41,079 nt of DNA from Methanomicrobiales archaeon (GTDB lineage: Archaea; Halobacteriota; Methanomicrobia; Methanomicrobiales; JACTUA01). Under the pieces are notes generated by a model. That model was not told the origin of the DNA. It did no database searches and was given only the letters and a program-made list of their open reading frames with translations. Position numbers and translations under genes: made by a program. Shown here one piece after another: positions 34,459 through 41,079 of this stretch. The stretch spans positions 1-41,079 of the forward strand of contig JAXDAH010000141.1 of the NCBI GenBank assembly GCA_034679905.1, in the 5' to 3' direction. Every line of letters starts with the position of its first letter. Position 1 is the first letter of the stretch.

Positions 34459-34948
34459 GTCGCTCCTCCTGGGTGCTGCCAGCGTGCCGGGAGAAGGGCC
34501 CTGGTGCACACCCCCATATAGTTCCTGTTTCGATCGCGCCGCAGCCGGGAGCCGTGGCGGCGCAGAGTTCGTCTCCCCCGCAACAGGCGCCACGGCCCCT
34601 CTAATAGCCACCGGTCCGTGCTATATTCCCCCATCTCTCCCGATTGTCCTGCAGGGAACCCGGCAGTACCACCCCCGGGCGCTGCCGATTAACCATACTG
34701 GTATAAAGCGTTATCGGCCGTATTTCAGTAAACGAGACGAAAATTGCTCTTTCCACCAACCGACTCGTTCCAGACGCCCTATGCGGGATACAGGAGATGC
34801 GATCGGGAACTTCCGCTCTCGAGACGCTTCAACGAGCACCGATCGGCGAGAAGTGCTCTCCATCTCTCTCGAATTGAGGGGCCGATACCGGGACGGGATT
34901 CGCATCCAGGATCAAGGTATATGTGGGGCGGGCGACCACCTCTCCTGT

Positions 34949-35497
34949 ATGAACGTCGATGAAGCCCGGAGACTGCTCTTTCAGTACGTCCAGAAGGAGA
35001 GCCTGATCAAGCACTGCCTTGCCACCGCCGCGATCCTGCGGCGGGCAGGGGAGCACCTGGGTCAGGATGCGGAGCGGTGGGAGGTGATCGGGATCCTGCA
35101 CGACATCGACTACGAGGTGGTCGAGGGGGATATGCAGCGGCACGGCGCCGTGGGCTGCGAGATTCTGCGGGAGCACGGGGTGGATGCGGATATCGCGGAA
35201 GCGGTACGGCGTCACAACGACATGATCTACGGCAATTCCGATGCTCCGGTCGATATCGCGCTCCAGGCCGCCGACAATATATCCGGCCTGATCATCGCGG
35301 CAGCGATGGTGAAGGGTGGGGCGATCTCCGAGGTCAGGCCGGACACGGTTAAAAAGAAGATGAAGGAGAAGGCGTTTGCCGCCGGATGCCGCCGGGAGAA
35401 GGTGCGGGAGATCGAGCGGCTGATGGATCTCCCCACCTTCTATCGCCTGGCAGTCGAGGCGCTGCAGGGGATCCGGACGGATCTCGGGCTCCACTGA
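34949..35497 (+). CDS. HD domain-containing protein (HD-superfamily hydrolase, about 180 aa)
   Basis: The ATG at 34949 is about 25-30 nt downstream of AGGTATATG (probably leaderless). KHCLATAAILR...IGILHDIDYE...RHN motifs. The upstream 170 aa of ORF 34442..35497 is junk-like. Confidence 0.8.
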   Translation: MNVDEARRLLFQYVQKESLIKHCLATAAILRRAGEHLGQDAERWEVIGILHDIDYEVVEGDMQRHGAVGCEILREHGVDADIAEAVRRHNDMIYGNSDAPVDIALQAADNISGLIIAAAMVKGGAISEVRPDTVKKKMKEKAFAAGCRREKVREIERLMDLPTFYRLAVEALQGIRTDLGLH

Positions 35498-35751
35498 CAC
35501 GGCATGGCATCGAACTGCCTCGAGGGTGACGATCGGCGAAAAAGTCGTTCCCATCTGCTGGAAACCTTGCGGATGGGAGTCGACCGGGCTTCAGCCCGGT
35601 TGACTTCGCACGTGGAGGAGGGCACAATGGTCCTATTCGCTCCCTGCCATCTTCCTTCCCGCTATCGCAAGCGGGGGGGAACGCGCCCCCTCCTCTTCCA
35701 CTTCCCCGGTGTGCGATAGACCTACTGAACCGGAGAGGCCGGGACGGGTGA

Positions 35752-37653
35752 CTACGGGACTGGCTGCTGCTGGCTGATGCAGTGGAGGGTGCCGAGCCCG
35801 TGGACCATCGCCCGGCAGTCGATGCCCACCACCTTCCGGGTGGGGAAGACGCCCTGCAGGATCTCGAGCGCCCGGCGGTCGTTGCGGTGCCCGAAGGTCG
35901 GGACCAGCACGACGGCGTTGCCGATGTAGAAGTTGGCGTAGCTGGCGGGGAGCCGCTCCTCGTCGCCGACGCGGCCGGGCATGGGCAGGGGGACGACCGT
36001 GAACGGGTTCCCGTCCTGGTCCCGCGCCCGTTGCAGGATCGCATAGTTCTCCTCCAGGATCGCGTGGTTCGGGTCTCCCGCATCCACCTCCCGGGCGCAG
36101 ACGACGGTGTTCGGTCCGACGAACCGCGCGATGTCGTCGATGTGGCCGTCGGTATCGTCCCCGGCGATCCCCTCTCGGAGCCAGACGACGCGGGACGCTC
36201 CCAGGTACTCCTGGAGATACCCCTCGATCTCCCCGCGGGAGAGGCAGGGGTTGCGGTTTGGATTGAGGAGGCATTGTTCGGTGGTCAGGACGGCGCCCCG
36301 CCCGTTCACCTCGATGGACCCGCCCTCGAGCACGATCCCGGTCCGAAATGCCGGAAGCTGCAGCTCCCGGTTGATCTTGACGGGAACGTGCGTGTCCCGG
36401 ATCAGCTCGTCGTACTTCCCGCCCCAGGCGTTGAAGATCCAGTCGACCATCGCGAGACGGCCCGCCTCCCGGTTCACGACAAACGTGGGGCCGTAGTCCC
36501 GGAACCAGACGTCCGCATAGCTCAGGACGTGGAAGCGGATCCCCTCGAGCGGGACCCCCGCTCCGCCCAGCAGCTCCCGCACGCGCGCCTCCATGGCGGG
36601 GTCGCCGACGAGGAGCTCCACGCGCTCTCCCGTGCTGACGGCTTTTACAATATCCAGGTACGCCTGCTCGACCTCCGCGAGATCCGGGAACGTGGTGCTG
36701 TCGTGCGGCCAGGCGAGCCAGACGGCATCGTGCCGTTCCCACTCGGCGGGCATGAGGTAGCCCAATTTCCGGGGGGTTCTCTCACGGTCCCGCACGGGAA
36801 CCGTCCAGGACGAAACCAGCGGCAGGTAGGTTGCCGGGCAGCGGTTCTCCAGGAATCCCCAGCCTTCCCGCACCTGCCGGTTCATGCCGAGATCGAGATC
36901 GGCGATCAGGATCCCCTCCCCGGCACCGGCCCGTTCGAGCACCTTCCCGAACGCGTCGCAGAAGAACGAGCCCCCCCAGAAGAGGATCTCGCCCTCCCAC
37001 CCCACGCGGTTGACGGCGACGACGTGGATGCCGTTGACAATCGCATGCCCCCGCTGGACGGTCTCCCAGGCCTCGCGCCAGTCCCCCTCCGGGGGCTCCA
37101 GGCCCCGGATCCTGCCAATGGCGGTAGGGTAGAAGATGATATCCGCCCCCATCAGGGCGACCGCCCGGGCCGCCTCGGGGAACCACTGGTCGTAGCAGAT
37201 GAGCACGGCGAACCGCCCGAACTCCGTGCTGTAGACCTCGTAGCGCTCTCCCGCACGGAAGTAGCGCTTCTCGTAGAAGAGGGGGTCACACGGGACGTGC
37301 ACCTTGCGGTAGACGGGCAGGATGCACCCGTCGGTGTCGAGGACCGCGACCGCGTTGTAATACCCCTCCTCCGCACGCTCGTAGAGGGGCACGACGATCA
37401 CCGCGTGGTGCTCCCGTGCGAGGGCGGCGAACGCCTCCGTGGTCTCCCCGGGTATGGTCTCGGCATACCGGGCGGCATCCGCCGTTGCAGACTGGGGGAA
37501 GTAGGGGGTGCGGAAGAGCTCCTGGAGGCAGAGGATCTCGGCCCCCTGCTCCAGGGCGGACGCCGCATACCGCAGGGTCTTCTCCAGGTTCTCCTCGAGA
37601 TCCTCCGATACGGCCGTCTGGACGAGTCCGACTCGAACTGTGCGGGTATCCAT
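35752..37653 (-). CDS. fusion protein: N-carbamoylputrescine amidase (CN-hydrolase) plus agmatine deiminase
   Basis: N-terminal nitrilase-superfamily half (VRVGLVQT...LCLQELF...AVLICYDQWFPE, the E-K-C triad context). C-terminal half is the AguA type (MPAEWERHDAVWLAWPH...WFRDYGP...GGSIEVNG...DGHIDD...GTLHCISQQ). Start at ATG 37653. Alternatives at 37668 and 37692. Confidence 0.9.
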   Translation of the reverse strand: MDTRTVRVGLVQTAVSEDLEENLEKTLRYAASALEQGAEILCLQELFRTPYFPQSATADAARYAETIPGETTEAFAALAREHHAVIVVPLYERAEEGYYNAVAVLDTDGCILPVYRKVHVPCDPLFYEKRYFRAGERYEVYSTEFGRFAVLICYDQWFPEAARAVALMGADIIFYPTAIGRIRGLEPPEGDWREAWETVQRGHAIVNGIHVVAVNRVGWEGEILFWGGSFFCDAFGKVLERAGAGEGILIADLDLGMNRQVREGWGFLENRCPATYLPLVSSWTVPVRDRERTPRKLGYLMPAEWERHDAVWLAWPHDSTTFPDLAEVEQAYLDIVKAVSTGERVELLVGDPAMEARVRELLGGAGVPLEGIRFHVLSYADVWFRDYGPTFVVNREAGRLAMVDWIFNAWGGKYDELIRDTHVPVKINRELQLPAFRTGIVLEGGSIEVNGRGAVLTTEQCLLNPNRNPCLSRGEIEGYLQEYLGASRVVWLREGIAGDDTDGHIDDIARFVGPNTVVCAREVDAGDPNHAILEENYAILQRARDQDGNPFTVVPLPMPGRVGDEERLPASYANFYIGNAVVLVPTFGHRNDRRALEILQGVFPTRKVVGIDCRAMVHGLGTLHCISQQQPVP

Positions 37654-37717
37654 AGGGCTTCCATCCATGTATGTGCTGCTGCATCCGCCCATCGCGGTCC
37701 GGCAGACGCCGAACGCT

Positions 37718-38134
37718 TCAGGGCTTCTTCTCCAGAAACGCGTGCGCCTTCATCAGCACGTCCCGCGTGTTCTGGAAGGTGGCCTGGGCCAGGGCCTTGT
37801 CGTAGGGCAGCCACTTGTAGCCGATATGCTCGAAGGAGAGGACCACGTCCGCCTGGTCGGTCTCCATCAGGAAGTAGACCACCTCCTTGTACACGGTGCG
37901 CCCGCGGGCGCGGAAGAAGTAGTTGATCTCCTCGCGGAATCCGGGGATGAAGCGGGCATCCGTGATCGCCGTCTCCTCGCGGAGTTCGCGGACGGCGGCC
38001 TCCTCCCCGCTCTCGCCCCGCTTGGCGTGCCCTTTCACCAGGTCCCAGTGCCCGGCCTCGTACTGCAGCAGGAGGTACAGCCGGCCGTCGGGATTTCGCA
38101 CTACGACGGCACCGTAGGATCTCTCTCGGGGCAT
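37718..38134 (-). CDS. NUDIX hydrolase
   Basis: Nudix box GHAKRGESGEEAAVRELREETAI (GX5EX7REUXEEXGU), 138 aa. Confidence 0.9.
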   Translation of the reverse strand: MPRERSYGAVVVRNPDGRLYLLLQYEAGHWDLVKGHAKRGESGEEAAVRELREETAITDARFIPGFREEINYFFRARGRTVYKEVVYFLMETDQADVVLSFEHIGYKWLPYDKALAQATFQNTRDVLMKAHAFLEKKP

Positions 38135-38158
38135 GCAGGGTCGTCTCCAGGCCGGAAG

Positions 38159-38761
38159 TCAGGGCGATGGTCTCTCCAGCTCTCGCTGTACTATTCGGAA
38201 CTCTTCTTCAAGTTTTTTTCTATACGAGGGGTTATACAGCCCTGCCGCCGGGTGCAGGGCGGGTACGATCCGCAGGCGGTGACCGTTGAGATCCGCGGTG
38301 AAGACGCTGCCCGTCACGTCCGTGATGCGCTCGAACTCGAAGGGGATCCGGGCCAGGACGTAGCGGGCCGAGTGCCGCCCCAGCGTGACCAGGATCTCGG
38401 GGCGGACGAGATCGATCTGGCGGTCGAGGTACGGCGAGCAGATCTCGATCTCGCAAGCCAGCGGATCGCGGTTCCCCGGCGGGCGGTGCTTGACGACGTT
38501 GCCGATGAACACGTCCTCGCGGGCGAGCCCGATGCCCTGCAGGAGACTGTTGAGAACCGATCCCGCCCTCCCGACGAACGGGCGTCCGCTCGCGTCTTCC
38601 CGCTCTCCCGGCGCTTCCCCGACGAGCATCAGCCGGGCCTCGAGGCTGCCCTCCCCGGGGACCGCGTGGCGGGCCGTCTTCCAGAGCGGGCACTTGCGGC
38701 ACCCGCGGATCTCCCCGGCGAGGGCGGCCATCTGCTCCTCGCGGGACGGTATCGGCGGCAT
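38159..38761 (-). CDS. udg: uracil-DNA glycosylase, family 4
   Basis: ATG at 38761 (MPPIPSREEQ...). CRKCPL Fe-S Cys, GEAPGEREDASGRPFVGRAG and HPAAGLYNP motifs. The long upstream extension of ORF 38159..39646 overlaps gpmA out of frame and is an artefact. Confidence 0.9.
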   Translation of the reverse strand: MPPIPSREEQMAALAGEIRGCRKCPLWKTARHAVPGEGSLEARLMLVGEAPGEREDASGRPFVGRAGSVLNSLLQGIGLAREDVFIGNVVKHRPPGNRDPLACEIEICSPYLDRQIDLVRPEILVTLGRHSARYVLARIPFEFERITDVTGSVFTADLNGHRLRIVPALHPAAGLYNPSYRKKLEEEFRIVQRELERPSP

Positions 38762-38766
38762 CTCTC

Positions 38767-39528
38767 TCACCTGTATAAAGGATGGAGGTTTATACTCTTC
38801 TCTTCGGGTGCACCCGCAGCGCGGATCGCCGCCGCCTGCCCGTCCAGGATGCGGCGGCCGGCGACGGCGAGCGAGGGGCTCAGGGTGTAGACCAAGGGCA
38901 GGGCGGTCGGCAGGTCGATCTCTCCGATCGCGTCGGCCGGGATCCGCTCCAGGTAGAGGATCAGCGCCCGCAGACTGGTGCGGTGGGAGACCACGATCAC
39001 GTCCCTCCCGCTCCGCAGCGCGGGCGCGATCCCGTCGCGCCAGCAGGGCAGGAGGCGGTAGAGGGCGTCTTCGAGCGACTCCGCGGAGGGGATCAGGTCC
39101 CGCTCCAGGCGCGCGTACCGGGGATCGTGCAGCGGGTGGCGGGGATCGGTCCGCGGCAGCGGTGGGGGGCGGGCGTCGAACGCGTTCCGCCACCGCTCCA
39201 CCGCGCTCCTGCCGTACTCCCGGTTCAGCTCCTGCCGGGTCCGCCCTTCCAGCAGCCCATAGTGCCTCTCGTTCAGCCGCCAGGAGCAGCAGAGCGGCAG
39301 GTGCGGGCAGTCCAGGGCACCGATCACGGTAGAGAGGGTCCGCACCGCCCGCTTCAGCACCGAGGAAAATCCACGGTCCAGGGAGAGCCCGGCCTCCCGA
39401 ATGCGGAGGGCAGCTGTCTCTGCCTCCCGCACGCCGCGTGCGGAGAGATCGGGATCCGCCCACCCGCTCAGCCGCTCCTCCGCATTCCACTCGCTCTCCC
39501 CGTGGCGGAGCAGGATCAGGCGCACCAT
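38767..39528 (-). CDS. gpmA: 2,3-bisphosphoglycerate-dependent phosphoglycerate mutase-type histidine phosphatase
   Basis: ATG at 39528 preceded by GAGGAG. LLRHGESEWN catalytic motif, RLNERHYG, and VVSHRTSLRAL. 5 nt upstream of the udg start (operon). Confidence 0.82.
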   Translation of the reverse strand: MVRLILLRHGESEWNAEERLSGWADPDLSARGVREAETAALRIREAGLSLDRGFSSVLKRAVRTLSTVIGALDCPHLPLCCSWRLNERHYGLLEGRTRQELNREYGRSAVERWRNAFDARPPPLPRTDPRHPLHDPRYARLERDLIPSAESLEDALYRLLPCWRDGIAPALRSGRDVIVVSHRTSLRALILYLERIPADAIGEIDLPTALPLVYTLSPSLAVAGRRILDGQAAAIRAAGAPEEKSINLHPLYR

Positions 39529-39987
39529 ACATTCTCCTCGGGAGGATGGGAAAATAGCTATCGTCCTGAAGCGGTACCGCATTCGCATACCACCATCGGC
39601 GCAGCGGGATTGCAGAACCGCCCAGAACAGAACAACATCCGTGCACTCTCGGCTGCGGAAACGAATCGACCCGTCACACCTGCCCTATCGACGGGAGCGG
39701 CCGGGATCTGCAGCACGCTTCCCTTCTCCGCAGAATCCGCGTGCAGCGGTTGGCGGCTGGATCCTGCATGCAGGTGCAGCAGGGACCGGGAATCCCTCGA
39801 GGGGTCCGATACGAAAATACTGGACCGGGCGTCTGGATGCCCGCTATGCGGTAAGAGCTCGGGGACTGCCGTGCCGATACGGGGAGTATGCGGGCAGGCT
39901 CTCGATCACGCGGAGCAGCGGATCGCACTATCCCGCGACGAGAACGGTCACCGAGTCCTCCCCGTACGTAACCTCTCTTCACGGCGT

Positions 39988-40470
39988 TTATTCGCATCGT
40001 GACGACGATCCCCGATTCTGCGGGGCCTGCCAGACGGTATGGAACGCACCGTCGGCATCCGTTCTCCCTTCAACGGCCGAGGTATTCGTCGATGTGAAGG
40101 TGCCGGCTGCACACTCTATCCGCACGCTGGCGTTCTCGATGGGGGCATACCGCCCGTCGAAGGCCGTCACGCGGATATCGGCGGTCGCGTTTGGTTTCAC
40201 ACGCTCCGGCGTTGCCGCGGTTCGGAGGATGATCGGCCCGTAATGGGGCGGGGTCGTATTCTGCGGGATCGTGGGCGGAGGGGGTGCAGGGGTCGGGGCG
40301 GGCGTTGGACTGGGCTGTGATGTCGTCAGGACGGTGGGCATCGGGGTGATGTCCGGCTCCGCCCTGTCCGCCAGTATCACTGCGTCGTCCAGAATACGGT
40401 GACTCCCACGAGGATGCTGGCAACGATCCCCGCCATCCACTTCAAGACCTCGTGCGCCATGGAACTTCAT
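39988..40470 (-). CDS. hypothetical exported/anchored protein (Pro/Thr linker plus Ig-like beta domain); N-terminus probably frameshifted
   Basis: The ORF encodes ...TSQPSPTPAPTPAPPPPTIPQ... followed by a beta-rich domain (ADIRVTAFDGRYAPIENASVRIECAAG...GRTDADGAFHTVWQAP). A typical signal anchor MAHEVLKWMAGIVASILVGVTVFWTTQ is encoded in another frame (40460..40377). Confidence 0.5.
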   Translation of the reverse strand: MKFHGARGLEVDGGDRCQHPRGSHRILDDAVILADRAEPDITPMPTVLTTSQPSPTPAPTPAPPPPTIPQNTTPPHYGPIILRTAATPERVKPNATADIRVTAFDGRYAPIENASVRIECAAGTFTSTNTSAVEGRTDADGAFHTVWQAPQNRGSSSRCE

Positions 40471-40567
40471 TGTCAGAGAGGGCTGAATTCTATTTCGAGG
40501 TATAATTTCGTTGTTATCTCAACATCGGCAGGATTTCGGGCGAGAAGAGGCCCGGCGGCAGTGCTGC

Positions 40568-41079
40568 TCACTCTTTTGCGCCATACCGCCGCACGTGCTC
40601 TCGGGCCTTCCGGTATCTCCCGTCCCGATCCTCGCGGGCGTCGATCGACGTATCCGTCTGCCCGTCGACCCGCCGGTCTGCCCCGCCGGGGCAGACCGCG
40701 ATGCAGATGCCGCAGGGCGAGATACCCTTGCGGTTCAGCCCGGCGCTGCGGGCGGCGCAGGCCCGACTGTCCGTCCGGCTTGCCGGATAATCTCCGCCCT
40801 CCAGCGCATTCGCCGGGCAGAGCCGCACGCACTGCAGGCAGCGGGTGCAGAGGTCGCCCGGGAGGATCGGATCCGGCGGGATCTCCGCCGCGGTGAAGAC
40901 GGACCCGAAGCGGACCCTCGGGCCGTACTGCGGCGTGAGGAGGGTGTTGTTCACCCCGAACGTCCCCAGCCCCGCGAGGTAGGCGGCATGCCGCTGCGAG
41001 AAGACCGCGACCGGGTCTTTCAGGAGTGCCTCGATGCCCGCATACCCGTCCCGGGGAACGAAGACGGAGGGATGGCCCT
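40568..41079 (-). CDS. 4Fe-4S dicluster protein, epoxyqueuosine reductase (QueG)-like; partial, 5' end outside the window
   Basis: The frame stays open to the window edge (GHPSVFVPRDGYAG...SQRHAAYLAGLGTFGVNNTLLTPQYGPRVRFGSVF...). Two ferredoxin motifs, CTRCLQCVRLCP and CGICIAVCP. The M in track ORF 40568..40954 is an internal GTG. Confidence 0.72.
   Translation of the reverse strand, partial: GHPSVFVPRDGYAGIEALLKDPVAVFSQRHAAYLAGLGTFGVNNTLLTPQYGPRVRFGSVFTAAEIPPDPILPGDLCTRCLQCVRLCPANALEGGDYPASRTDSRACAARSAGLNRKGISPCGICIAVCPGGADRRVDGQTDTSIDAREDRDGRYRKAREHVRRYGAKE

Overview
A visibly GC-rich, gene-dense 41-kb archaeal chromosomal segment. Short, extremely AT-rich promoter islands with TATA boxes, several apparently leaderless genes and oligo-T terminators point to an archaeon. 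The gene content suggests, by inference only, a Methanomicrobiales-type methanogen: an HPS fusion, PaaK/F390-synthetase-like ligases with an ACT protein, MobB, archaeal GlmM, and TreT plus TPS/TPP. I call about 40 protein genes, most on the minus strand, and found no rRNA, tRNA or CRISPR array.

Housekeeping and metabolic blocks:
- HPS-RraA fusion, and ACT plus two PaaK paralogs
- CHASE4/PAS histidine kinase
- GlmM, MobB
- a trehalose cluster (TreT plus bifunctional OtsA-OtsB)
- a fused N-carbamoylputrescine amidase/agmatine deiminase
- Nudix, family-4 UDG, dPGM

Features worth a second look:
1. A stand-alone cas1 (9081..10010) with no cas2, no other cas genes, no array and no PolB in the window. 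It sits next to an arginine-deiminase-like gene and overlaps convergently an operon encoding a 1194-aa alpha-helical repeat protein and an acylphosphatase.
2. A radical SAM/SPASM, SAM-methyltransferase, DUF2064 (TIGR04282-like) and divergent GT2 (TIGR04283-like) cluster. It resembles rSAM-partnered arsenosugar or mycofactocin-type modification loci but has a different rSAM.
3. Three tandem PRC-barrel paralogs with gene-conversion tracts, followed by a Mini-III-like RNase III-domain gene that is preceded by a long stem-loop.
4. Several unusually long ORF-free stretches (1..610, about 19230..20370, 34037..34948). One carries paired G-quadruplex-type tracts and degenerate C-rich motifs.

Many long ORFs in the supplied track are antisense or GC-driven artefacts and were rejected. 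Start codons are often ambiguous because the track counts GTG and TTG starts as M.
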